From Hydrogenophilales bacterium (GTDB lineage: Bacteria; Pseudomonadota; Gammaproteobacteria; Burkholderiales; Thiobacillaceae), in NCBI GenBank assembly GCA_037446165.1, contig JBBIJC010000002.1, positions 17,404 to 81,403 on the forward strand: a stretch of DNA of 64,000 nucleotides, read 5' to 3'. Below, piece by piece: positions 45,063 through 56,900 of the stretch. Position 1 is the stretch's first letter, and the number at the start of each line of letters is the position of its first letter. Under the pieces are notes generated by a model. The model was not told where the DNA came from. It did not search any database and was given only the letters and a program-made list of their open reading frames with translations. Both the position numbers and the translations under genes were made by a program.

Positions 45063-46541
45063 TCAGCCCAGGGTATCGAGTAACTCCAGGCCCAGCGCCA
45101 CGCCAAATCCGGTCACATCGGAACCGACCGCACCCAGCCCACCCTTGCAGCGACTGGCAGACAGATCGACGTGCAACCAGGGCGTGTCGGCCACGAAGCG
45201 ATTCAAGAACCGGGCGGCCAGGATGTGGTCTGCCTCGCCCTCCAAAGTGCATTGCTTGACGTCCGCGACCTGGGAATCCAGCGCCTCGTCGTAATCCTCC
45301 GGCAGGGGAAAGGCCACGACCCGTTCGCCGCACGCCTGCCCCGAGATCACGGCCTGCGCCGCCAGATCATCGCGATTGGCGATCACCCCGCTCATCCGGT
45401 CGCCCAGCGCCACCGCCATGCTGCCGGTCAAGGTAGCAAAGTCGATGATGGCATCCGGTTTTTCCCGCGCGGCCAAGGTCAGCGTATCCGCGAGAACCAT
45501 GCGGCCCTCGGCATCGGTGTGCATGATCTCGATGGTGGTGCCGTTCAGCGCGGTGATGATCTCGTTCTGGGTATAGGCCTCGGGGCTAATGTGGTTCTGG
45601 GCAATGGCCAGCCAAACCTCAAGACGCACCGGTAGCTTCAGCCGGCTCGCCGCCAGCAGGATACCCAGAGCCACGGCCGAACCATTCATGTCGTCGTGCA
45701 TGTTGTGCATGTAGCGCGCCGGCTTGAGGTTGTGGCCGCCGGTATCGAAGCAGATACCCTTGCCGACCAGGGCGATTGTCTGCGCCCGGGTGCCACGACC
45801 CTTGTAGCCGAGGCGGACGATGGCCGCATCCTCATGACCGCTGCCCCGCGCCACCGCAACAAACGCCCCGGCCTGCATCTTGCGTAGCCGCTTCATGTCA
45901 TATTCCTCGATCGACCAGCCATGCTGAGCGGTCAGGTCGCGGATGCGTGCCCGATAGGTCGCTGGGGTCAACGCGTTGGGTGGCTCCATGGTCAGGCTGC
46001 GGGTCAGGATATTGCCTTCGGCCAGCGCTTGTTCGCGCACCAGGCCGTCGACGCTTTTTGATCCATGCACCACGATGCGTTTCATCAGCGAGGGCTTTTG
46101 ATCTGACTTCCAGTTGGGCAGGGGGGCATTGTTCAGCCAGGTCACGTAGACCGCCTCGCGTGCCATACGGTCACGGAAATCGTCATCGCCGAAGACGGCG
46201 ATTTCCAGGCTTTCCGGCTGTTCGTCAAGCAGTGGCTTGAGCGCTTTGCGCAACAGGGTCTGGCGTTCGAAAGTCGATTTTTCCGGATCCAGCCGCAGCC
46301 AGGAAGCCAGGCAACCGCCAGGCAATTCGAGGCTGAGCGGCTGCTTGCCGAGCGACTCCGGCTTCTTGCGCTGTCGCTGCAGCGCGTTCAGGACCAGGGA
46401 ATGATCGGGCGCATCATGCCAGCCCTTGTCCGCAGGCAGGAGCACCAGCAGATGACGGGTCTGCAGGCTACGCTGGACCAGGGTTGCAGCTTGCTCGACC
46501 AGCTTGGGCAGACCCGTTTCGACTCGCGACTGTTTGCTCAT
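45063..46541 (-). CDS. M17-family leucyl aminopeptidase
   Basis: 492 aa. VGKGICFDTGGHNLKP and MHTDAEGRMVLAD metal-site motifs. Confidence 0.88.
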   Translation of the reverse strand: MSKQSRVETGLPKLVEQAATLVQRSLQTRHLLVLLPADKGWHDAPDHSLVLNALQRQRKKPESLGKQPLSLELPGGCLASWLRLDPEKSTFERQTLLRKALKPLLDEQPESLEIAVFGDDDFRDRMAREAVYVTWLNNAPLPNWKSDQKPSLMKRIVVHGSKSVDGLVREQALAEGNILTRSLTMEPPNALTPATYRARIRDLTAQHGWSIEEYDMKRLRKMQAGAFVAVARGSGHEDAAIVRLGYKGRGTRAQTIALVGKGICFDTGGHNLKPARYMHNMHDDMNGSAVALGILLAASRLKLPVRLEVWLAIAQNHISPEAYTQNEIITALNGTTIEIMHTDAEGRMVLADTLTLAAREKPDAIIDFATLTGSMAVALGDRMSGVIANRDDLAAQAVISGQACGERVVAFPLPEDYDEALDSQVADVKQCTLEGEADHILAARFLNRFVADTPWLHVDLSASRCKGGLGAVGSDVTGFGVALGLELLDTLG

Positions 46542-46724
46542 TAGCCATCCTTAATATTAAAAATAACAATAGCCTGTATTGAATTGACTTAAGGCTCTTA
46601 TCGCCTCGATAATTCGGCGCCTTTATGCCATATTGTTTCACGAAACTGATCGTCTTCTAACCGGGAATGCATGCTGGAACAAGCCAGTACCGTATGCCCC
46701 GGCCCCTATCCGGAGAACTCTTTC

Positions 46725-49397
46725 ATGTCGACTCATAACCCTGACATCGACCCTCAGGAAACGCGCGAGTGGCTGGACGCCCTTGCCGCAGTCATCGAAG
46801 AAGAAGGCCCCGAGCGTGCCCATTACCTGCTTGAACGGCTGATCGAAAAGGCCCGCCGTTCTGGCGCCTACCTGCCCTACAACGCCACCACGGCGTATGT
46901 GAACAGCATCCCGACCCACCTGCAGGAAAAGCACCCCGGCGACACCGCCATGGAACGCCGGATCAAGACCCTGATCCGCTGGAACGCCGTGGCCTGCGTG
47001 ATGCGCGCCAACGAGAAGGCGCCAGGCGTGGGCGGCCACATCGCCAGCTTCCAGTCCTCCGCCACCCTGTATGACGTCGGTTTCAACCATTTCTTCAAGA
47101 GCCCGTCCGCCCCTGACGGCGGCGACCTGGTCTTCTTCCAGGGCCACTCGGCGCCCGGCATCTACGCCCGCGCCTTCATCGAGGGCCGCATCGACGAGGA
47201 GCACCTTGAGAATTTCCGACAGGAATCCGGTGGCAAGGGCCTGCCCTCCTATCCGCACCCCTGGCTGATGCCGGACTTCTGGCAGTTCCCGACCGTGTCC
47301 ATGGGCCTTGGACCGATCCAGGCCATCTACCAGGCCCGGTTCCTGAAATATCTGCACGACCGCGGCATCGCCGACACCTCGGGCCGCCATGTCTGGGCCT
47401 TCCTCGGCGACGGCGAGACCGACGAGCCGGAATCCCTCGGCGCCCTCACCCTGGCCTCGCGCGAGAAGCTCGACAACCTGATCTTCGTGGTCAACTGCAA
47501 CCTGCAGCGCCTGGACGGCCCGGTGCGCGGCAACGGCAAGATCATCCAGGAACTGGAAGCCGCCTTCCGCGGCGCCGGCTGGAACGTGCTCAAGGTGATC
47601 TGGGGCTCGTACTGGGACCCGCTCCTGGCCATGGACACCAAGGGCCTGCTGCGCCAGCGCATGGAAGAATGCGTCGACGGCGAATACCAGAATTTCAAGG
47701 CCAAGGGCGGCGCCTACACCCGCGAGCACTTCTTCGGCAAATATCCCGAACTGAAGGAGATGGTCGCGGCCATGTCCGATGACGATATCTGGCGCCTGAA
47801 CCGCGGTGGCCACGACCCGCACAAGGTCTTCGCCGCCTATGCCGCGGCCGTGAAGCACACCGGCCAGCCGACTGTGATCCTGGCCAAGACGGTCAAGGGC
47901 TACGGCATGGGCGCCTCCGGCGAGGCCCAGAACCCAACCCACCAGGCCAAGAAAATGGCCATGGACGATCTGCGTGCCTTCCGCGACCGCTTCAGCATCC
48001 CGATCTCCGACGAGGATCTGCCCAAGCTGCCGTTCTACCGTCCGGCCGAAGACAGCGCCGAGATGAAGTACCTGCGCGCGACCCGGGAAAAACTGGGCGG
48101 CTACATTCCGACCCGCCGCACCACGGCCGATTCGCTGGCCGTGCCTGACCTGGACGCCTTCCAGGCCATGCTGGAAGCGACCGGCGATCGCGAGATCTCG
48201 ACCACCATGGCCTTCGTCCGCATCCTGACCACCCTGCTGCGCGACAAGGGCCTGGGCAAGCGCGTCGTACCGATCGTCCCTGACGAAGCCCGCACCTTTG
48301 GCATGGAAGGCCTGTTCCGCACGGTCGGCATCTACTCCTCGACCGGCCAGCTCTACGAACCGGTCGACTCCGACCAGGTGATGTACTACCGCGAGGACAA
48401 GGGCGGCCAGATCCTGGAAGAAGGCATCAACGAGGCCGGCGCGTTCTCGTCCTGGATCGCCGCCGCGACCTCGTACAGCACCAACGGCGTGCAGATGATC
48501 CCGTTCTACATCTACTACTCGATGTTCGGCTTCCAGCGCATCGGCGACCTGGCCTGGGCGGCCGGCGATTCCCGCGCCCGCGGCTTCCTGCTCGGCGGCA
48601 CCGCCGGGCGGACCACGCTGAACGGCGAGGGCCTGCAGCACGAGGACGGCCACAGCCACCTGCAGGCGGCGATGATCCCGAACTGCATCGCCTACGATCC
48701 GACCTTCCACTACGAACTGGCGGTGATCATGCATGACGGCATGCGCCGCATGTTCCACGACCAGGAAGACGTGTTCTATTACATCACCGTGATGAACGAG
48801 AACTACAGCCACCCGGCCCTGCCCAAGGGCGCGGAGGCGGGCATTCTCAAGGGCCTGTATCAGCTGAGCGAAGGCGCCAAGGCAAAGGGCAAGACCAAGA
48901 AGCCCAGGGTCCAGCTCATGGGTTCGGGCACCATCCTGCGCGAGGTCATGGCCGCTGCCGAGTTGCTGGAACAAGACTGGGGCGTCAGCGCCGATGTCTG
49001 GAGCGCGACCAGTTTCAACGAACTGCGCCGCGAGGCCCAGGAAACACATCGCTGGAACCTGCTGCATCCGGACCAGAAGCAGAAGACCAGCTACGTCGAG
49101 CAGTGCCTGGACGCAACCGAAGGCCCGATCATCGCCTCGACCGACTACATGCGCGCCTTCCCCGACCAGATCCGGCCCTATATCCAGCGCCGCTTCGTCA
49201 CCCTTGGCACTGACGGTTTCGGCCGCTCCGACTCGCGCGAGGCGCTGCGCCGTTTCTTCGAGGTGGATCGCTACTACGTCACCCTGGCCGCCCTCAAGGC
49301 GCTGGCCGACGAGGGCACGATTCCGGCCAGCACGGCCGCCGAAGCCATCAAGAAATACGGGCTCGACGCCGACCGGCCGAACCCGGTGAACGTATAA
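46725..49397 (+). CDS. aceE: Pyruvate dehydrogenase E1 component (homodimeric type)
   Basis: ATG 46725 with GGAG 9 nt upstream. MSTHNPDIDPQETREWLDAL, GGHIASFQSSATLYDVGFNHFF. 890 aa. Confidence 0.95.
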   Translation: MSTHNPDIDPQETREWLDALAAVIEEEGPERAHYLLERLIEKARRSGAYLPYNATTAYVNSIPTHLQEKHPGDTAMERRIKTLIRWNAVACVMRANEKAPGVGGHIASFQSSATLYDVGFNHFFKSPSAPDGGDLVFFQGHSAPGIYARAFIEGRIDEEHLENFRQESGGKGLPSYPHPWLMPDFWQFPTVSMGLGPIQAIYQARFLKYLHDRGIADTSGRHVWAFLGDGETDEPESLGALTLASREKLDNLIFVVNCNLQRLDGPVRGNGKIIQELEAAFRGAGWNVLKVIWGSYWDPLLAMDTKGLLRQRMEECVDGEYQNFKAKGGAYTREHFFGKYPELKEMVAAMSDDDIWRLNRGGHDPHKVFAAYAAAVKHTGQPTVILAKTVKGYGMGASGEAQNPTHQAKKMAMDDLRAFRDRFSIPISDEDLPKLPFYRPAEDSAEMKYLRATREKLGGYIPTRRTTADSLAVPDLDAFQAMLEATGDREISTTMAFVRILTTLLRDKGLGKRVVPIVPDEARTFGMEGLFRTVGIYSSTGQLYEPVDSDQVMYYREDKGGQILEEGINEAGAFSSWIAAATSYSTNGVQMIPFYIYYSMFGFQRIGDLAWAAGDSRARGFLLGGTAGRTTLNGEGLQHEDGHSHLQAAMIPNCIAYDPTFHYELAVIMHDGMRRMFHDQEDVFYYITVMNENYSHPALPKGAEAGILKGLYQLSEGAKAKGKTKKPRVQLMGSGTILREVMAAAELLEQDWGVSADVWSATSFNELRREAQETHRWNLLHPDQKQKTSYVEQCLDATEGPIIASTDYMRAFPDQIRPYIQRRFVTLGTDGFGRSDSREALRRFFEVDRYYVTLAALKALADEGTIPASTAAEAIKKYGLDADRPNPVNV

Positions 49398-49410
49398 CGG
49401 AGTCGAGAAG

Positions 49411-50733
49411 ATGAGCATCAAGGAAGTCATCGTCCCCGATATCGGCAGCTTCAAGGATGTCGAAGTCATCGAGATCATGGTCAAGGTGGGCGACGAGATC
49501 GTCACCGACGCCTCGCTCATGACCGTCGAGTCCGACAAGGCCGCCATGGACATCCCCGCCCCGTTCGGCGGCACCGTGAAGGAACTCAAGATCAAGGTCG
49601 GCGACAAGGTTTCGTCCGGCTCGCTGGTCCTCATGCTGGACACTTCCAGTGACACCACCCCGGCCACGGCCGCGCCGGTGGTCACCTCATTCACCCCGGC
49701 CGCCACGCCGGTGGTCGCCAACGTGCCGCCGCCGTCCCACCCGGCGCCTGAAGTACCGGCCCACATCCCGCCCAGGCACCGGCCCGACCCGGTCGCTGCC
49801 CACGTCGAGTTCGTCGCCGGCAAGACTGCCCACGCCAGCCCGTCGGTACGCCGCTTCGCCCGCGAACTGGGCGCCGACCTCAGCCACATCAAGGGCAACG
49901 GCCCGCGCGGCCGCATCACCAAGGAAGATGTGCAGGCCTGGATCAAGGGCGAGCTGGCCAAGCCCAAGTCCGAGGCCATGGGCATCGGCTTCGGCGTCCT
50001 GCCGGCGCCGGAAATCGACTTCAGCCAGTTCGGCGAGACCGAGAACCAGCCCCTGTCCCGGATCAAGAAGCTGTCCGGCGCCAACCTGCACCGCAACTGG
50101 GTCACCGCGCCGCACGTCACCCAGTTCGACGAGGCCGACATCACCGACCTGGAAGACTTCCGCAAGTCGATGCTGGACGAGGCCGCCAAACGTGGCGTCA
50201 AGCTGACCCTGCTGGCCTTCATGATGAAGGCCGTGGTCAACGCCCTGCGCACCTTCCCGCAGTTCAACGCCTCGCTGGCCACGGACGGCGAAAGCCTGAT
50301 CATGAAGAAGTATTTCCATGTCGGCTTCGCCTGCGACACCCCGGACGGCCTGGTCGTGCCGGTCATCCGCGACGTGAACAAGAAGGACGTGATGGACATC
50401 GCCCGCGAACTGGCCGAGCTGTCCGAACTGGCCCGCGAGCGCAAACTCAAGGTCGACGCCATGCAGGGCGGCTGCTTCACCATCTCCAGTCTGGGCGGCA
50501 TCGGCGGTACCAAGTTCACGCCCATCATCAATTGCCCGGAAGTGGCCATCCTGGGCCTGTCCCGCGCCGAGATGAAGCCGGTCTGGAACAAGGCCAGCAA
50601 GACCTTCGAGCCGCGCCTGGTGCTGCCGCTGGCACTGTCCTACGATCACCGCGTCATCGACGGTGCCGACGGCGCGCGCTTCACCAGCCACCTGCGCCTG
50701 ATGCTGTCCGACGTGCGCCGGCTGCTGCTCTGA
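49411..50733 (+). CDS. aceF: Dihydrolipoamide acetyltransferase E2 (single lipoyl domain)
   Basis: 440 aa. Lipoyl VESDKAAMDIPAP, E3-binding ASPSVRRFARELGADL, catalytic LSYDHRVIDGA. Confidence 0.94.
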   Translation: MSIKEVIVPDIGSFKDVEVIEIMVKVGDEIVTDASLMTVESDKAAMDIPAPFGGTVKELKIKVGDKVSSGSLVLMLDTSSDTTPATAAPVVTSFTPAATPVVANVPPPSHPAPEVPAHIPPRHRPDPVAAHVEFVAGKTAHASPSVRRFARELGADLSHIKGNGPRGRITKEDVQAWIKGELAKPKSEAMGIGFGVLPAPEIDFSQFGETENQPLSRIKKLSGANLHRNWVTAPHVTQFDEADITDLEDFRKSMLDEAAKRGVKLTLLAFMMKAVVNALRTFPQFNASLATDGESLIMKKYFHVGFACDTPDGLVVPVIRDVNKKDVMDIARELAELSELARERKLKVDAMQGGCFTISSLGGIGGTKFTPIINCPEVAILGLSRAEMKPVWNKASKTFEPRLVLPLALSYDHRVIDGADGARFTSHLRLMLSDVRRLLL

Positions 50734-50741
50734 CCAAGCTC

Positions 50742-50767
50742 GTCATCCCCGTGCAGATGGGGATGAC
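50742..50767 (+). other. Perfect 9-bp stem / 8-nt loop (GTCATCCCC-GTGCAGAT-GGGGATGAC) between aceF and lpd; REP-like, no U-tract
   Basis: Seen directly in the 79-nt aceF-lpd spacer. Confidence 0.6.
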
Positions 50768-50812
50768 AAGCAACATGCGAACCTCATCCAAGCTCAAACT
50801 CGAGATAAAACC

Positions 50813-52579
<1,767 letters not shown>

Positions 52580-52600
52580 CAGGCCGACGCCCGAGCAGCG

Positions 52601-52624
52601 AAAAGGCCGCAATTGCGGCCTTTT
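52601..52624 (+). terminator. Rho-independent (bidirectional-type) terminator after lpd
   Basis: AAAA-GGCCGCAATTGCGGCC-TTTT lies 22 nt after the lpd stop. Confidence 0.85.
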
Positions 52625-52839
52625 CCTTATGTACTTCACGATTTACCGGGATGAGGCACTACTGCCATTGCTCCCAGCGCCATGGCCGGGCAGACATACC
52701 GGTCACCCCCTGGCCGGAACAACAAGACCCCATTGATGATCGGGTATCTACCGTTCAATTTTGATACCATCGATCATTGGTTCATTTCTACCGTCAGTCA
52801 GTACGGCAATGAAAATACTCAATCAATTTTAGGGGGATC

Positions 52840-53973
52840 ATGTTCAACAAATGCAAACGGGAAATCGAAGGGCTGAAGGCCTTGCTTGCTGATCACATGC
52901 GCCGATTGGCAGAAATGGAGCAAGCCGCCCAGGCCCAGGCAATCGAGCTCGACCAGGCCAGGCACGAAGCCGAAATCCTCCGGCACACACTGGAAAGTCA
53001 GGCCAGCACACATGCCAGCCTGACCAAGTTTCACCAGTCACTGCTGCTGGTCCAGGGCAGCACGGCCAAGATGGCCGATTTTCTGGGCAAGGAGAATATC
53101 GCTGCCATGGAGGTCAAGGGCGCCTCGCTGACCACGCGTTCGGCGGTGCACGCCCTGGCGGCCAACCTGGATGAACTCGCGCAAAGTTCAAAGTCCGCCT
53201 CGGACAAGGTGGGCAATCTGGATGCGCACGCCCAGGAGATCGGACAAATCGTCGAGTTGATCCGACAGGTGGCAGAACAGACCAATCTGCTCGCGCTCAA
53301 TGCCGCGATTGAAGCGGCCAGGGCAGGTGAAGCCGGCCGGGGCTTTGCGGTGGTTGCGGACGAGGTCAGAAAGCTGGCCGAGCGAACCAGCCAGGCCACA
53401 GGCGAGATCTCCAACCGGGTCGCGAAGATCAGCGAATCGAGCCGGCAAAGCTGCGAGCATATGAGCCAGCTGTCTGAAAACTCGCACCAATACAGCGTCA
53501 AAGGCCAGGAGACCACCACGGTCATCACCCATCTGCTCAGCCTGTCCGAAAACATGGACAAGGCACTGTCAAGCGCCGCCTTGCGCGGATTCTGCGAGCT
53601 GGCGAAGGTAGACCACATTGTCTTCAAGTCGCGGGTCTACAATGTGGTATTGGGTATATCAGACGAAGGCGCGGAGGCCTTTTCCGATCACACCGCCTGC
53701 CGGCTCGGGCGCTGGTACTACGAGGGCGAAGGGCACCGGCACTTTTCCGGAGTACCCGGCTTCCAGGCGGTCGAAGCGCCGCACATGCGTTTTCACCAAC
53801 TGGCAGTCGAGGCGGTACGCGAAGCCCGGTCGGGCAATCTTCAGACCGACATCCTGGCGCGCATGGAGGATGAGAGCATGAGCGTCATCACCCTGCTCGA
53901 TACCCTAGCCAGCCAGTTCAAGCAGGAGATGGAGGCCAACCGCACCGACAGCGGCAGCGTCGACTTGTTCTGA
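52840..53973 (+). CDS. Soluble methyl-accepting-chemotaxis signalling-domain protein with C-terminal CZB (chemoreceptor zinc-binding) domain
   Basis: 377 aa with no TM segment. MCP hairpin tip [41 protein letters not shown] pattern DHIVFK...[11 protein letters not shown]...PHMRFH. RBS GGGGGA. Confidence 0.85.
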   Translation: MFNKCKREIEGLKALLADHMRRLAEMEQAAQAQAIELDQARHEAEILRHTLESQASTHASLTKFHQSLLLVQGSTAKMADFLGKENIAAMEVKGASLTTRSAVHALAANLDELAQSSKSASDKVGNLDAHAQEIGQIVELIRQVAEQTNLLALNAAIEAARAGEAGRGFAVVADEVRKLAERTSQATGEISNRVAKISESSRQSCEHMSQLSENSHQYSVKGQETTTVITHLLSLSENMDKALSSAALRGFCELAKVDHIVFKSRVYNVVLGISDEGAEAFSDHTACRLGRWYYEGEGHRHFSGVPGFQAVEAPHMRFHQLAVEAVREARSGNLQTDILARMEDESMSVITLLDTLASQFKQEMEANRTDSGSVDLF

Positions 53974-53984
53974 GAGGAGAAAGG

Positions 53985-56900
53985 ATGCCTGACTTTCTTC
54001 ATCTGGTAACCACCCCGCCGGAAAGCAGCCTGCTCTACACGGGTCATTACGACCCTGTCCTGGTCAGCCTTTCCGTCGTCGCTGCGATATTTGCATCCTA
54101 TGCGGCCCTGCTGGTCTCCGAGCACGTTGCCAACGCCGCCGAGACCAGGCCACGGCGGGTCTGGATTGCCATTGGCGGGACCTGCATGGGACTGGGCATC
54201 TGGGCCATGCATTTCGTCGGCATGCTGGCGTTCAGCCTGCCTTGCGGTACGGCCTATGATCCGCTGATCACCCTCCTGTCGATGATTCCGGGCGTCATGG
54301 CCAGCATCCTGGCCATGACCATCATCAGCCGGCCCACGCTGTCGACCTCGCGCCTGGTCTCGGGCGGCCTGCTGCTCGGGCTCGGCATCGGCACCATGCA
54401 TTATTCGGGCATGGCGGCCTTGCATCTGGACGGCATGATCCGCTACGACCTAAAGCTGTTCCTGTTGTCCATTCTGGTCGCCATTGCCCTGGCGATGCTG
54501 GCCTTGTGGATCCGCAATCGCCTGCAATCATGGCATCCGTTCGAGTTGTTCTGGGTGCCGGTGATCAGCGCCGTGGTCCTGGGTCTGGCGGTTTCGGGCA
54601 TGCACTACACGGCCATGGCAGCCGCCTACTTCATCAGCGACAGTGACCAGAGCATCGTCGATTCCCAGATCACTCCCACCTTCCTCGCCTCGATGGTTCT
54701 GGTCGTCACCAGTGCCATTATCGTGCTGACCATGGTGGCGTCGTATGTCGCGAAGCCGAAACTGTTTTCGCTGCGAGGCTCGTACGAGGTCACCGGCCTG
54801 ATGATTGCCGGCTGGATCGGCATCGCCTGGTTAAGTGCCGGTGCTTATTACGATCATCTTGCCCGCAGCGTTTACCAGCATGAATCCGAGCAGGCCGCGC
54901 ACCGGCTGAACCAGGTCACCGGCAATATCGACGATGCGGTCCAGATGCTCAAGGGCATCGCGCTGGTCATCGCCCTCGATCACGACACCCACGAAGTCCT
55001 GCGCCGCTTTGACCCGGATATTGGGCCCTCGATGCAAAATTATGAGGCCCGTAAAAAGGCCTGGACCGGTGACAAGGCGCTGGCTGATCTGAACCATTCG
55101 CTGGCGGTCGAAGCCACGCATCTGAATGCCGATGTCACCTGGATCGTCAATGCGGCCGGCGATTGCATCGCGGCCAGCAACGCCGGCACCGCCGGCAGCT
55201 TTGTCGGCACCAATTACGCCGATCGGGACTATTTCAAACAGGCCAGTGCGGGCCAGAACGGCCATCAATACGCGGTGGGACGGACGAGCAAGATTCCCGG
55301 CCTGTACTATTCCGCGCCCATCCTTGAAAACGGGCGCTTCATTGGCGCGGCGGTGGCCAAGCGGGACATCACGAAATTCGCCCGCTGGACCAATCCAGTC
55401 AATGCCTTCATCTCCGACAGCAATGGCGTCATCATCCTGGCGCCGGACCCGAAACTGGAAAACCACACCCTGCCCAAGGCCGAATTCCTGAATCTGTCGC
55501 TGGAGAAACGCCAGATGCAATACAAGACCAGCCGGTTTGAGCCCCTGACCATCAGCCGCTGGGACCAGGGACAATTCCCCTCGGCCGTGCTGCTCGGGGA
55601 CAGCAAGGAACCGGTCGCGCTGGTCTCCAGGGTGTTGCCCGAAGACGCCATCACCATCCATCTGAGCCGGCCAATGGCTGACCTGGCGCGACTGCAAATC
55701 GAGCGTACCGGGCTGTTCATCCTGCTTGCCGTCGCCGGCAGCATGCTGATCGTCGCCGCTGGGGCCATGGTGCTTTACCTGCGCCAGGCGCGCGAAACGG
55801 AGACCGACCTGCGCATTGCCGCTGCCGCCTTCAACGTTCAGGAAGGCATGATGGTCACCGACGCCAGGGGCGTGATCCTGCGCGTCAATCAGGCCTTCAC
55901 CGAGATCACCGGCTACACGCCCGACGAGGTCGTCGGCCAGAACCCCCGCCTGCTCAGCTCGGGCCGTCACGACGCCGCCTTCTATCGCGAGCTGTGGGAT
56001 GCGATCGAGCGCATCGGCGCATGGCAGGGCGAAGTCTGGAACCGACGCAAAAATGGCGAGGAGTTCCCCGAATGGCTCACCATCACCGCGGTGAAAGGCA
56101 TCCACGGCGCGGTCACCCACTTCGTCGCCACCATGAGCGACATCAGCCAGCGCAAGGCCGCAGAAGACGAGATCAAGCAACTGGCGTTCTACGATGCCCT
56201 GACCCACCTGCCCAACCGCCGGTTGCTGACCGACCGGCTCAAGCAGGCCATGACCACCAGCGCCCGAAGCGGGCATGGCGGGGCGCTGCTGTTCATCGAC
56301 CTCGACAACTTCAAGACCCTCAATGACACCCTGGGCCATGACAAGGGCGACCTGTTGCTGCAGCAGGTTGCCGATCGCCTGGTCCGATGCGTGCGCGAGG
56401 GCGACACCGTATCCAGGTTCGGCGGCGACGAGTTCGTGGTGATGCTGGAAGGCCTGGGCGACAACCTCGAGGACGCCGCGACCCAGACCCGGACGGTGGG
56501 TGAAAAGATCCTGACCATCCTCACTCAGCCCTATCAGCTCGCCGGCTACAAGCATCACAGCACCAGCAGCATCGGCGCCACCCTGTTCCAAGGGAGCAGG
56601 GATTCCCTGGATGAACTGCTGAAACAGGCTGACCTGGCCATGTACCAGGCCAAGGATGCGGGCCGCAATGTGCTGCGCTTCTTCGATCAGGGCATGCAGG
56701 CCGTCGCCAATGCCCGCGCCTCGCTCGAAGCGGATATGCACCAGGCGCTGCGCAGCAACGAATTCATCCTCTACTACCAGCCCCAGGTCGACCGCGATGG
56801 CCAGCTGACTGGCGCCGAGGTCCTGGTGCGCTGGCAACACCCTCGGCACGGGTTGGTGCCGCCCGCCGAATTCATTCCTCTGGCCGAGGAAACCGGCATG

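Noticed and set aside
46626-46661. 11-codon mini-ORF (MPYCFTKLIVF) in the aminopeptidase/aceE divergent spacer, as a possible leader peptide
   Set aside because: It has no RBS, no regulatory-codon enrichment and no associated terminator/antiterminator structure that I could see.
46638-50600. 1320-aa minus-strand ORF spanning aceE, the spacer and most of aceF. It is the longest ORF in the window.
   Set aside because: It lies antisense to two genes with unmistakable PDH E1/E2 motifs. Its product is low-complexity (Ser/Thr/Met-rich, then Gly/Ala/Val/Asp/Arg-rich). Over aceE its codons are in exact register with the sense codons (both frames congruent mod 3). It therefore stays open simply because the part of aceE it overlaps (to 49397) contains no TTA, CTA or TCA codons, which is a codon-bias shadow.
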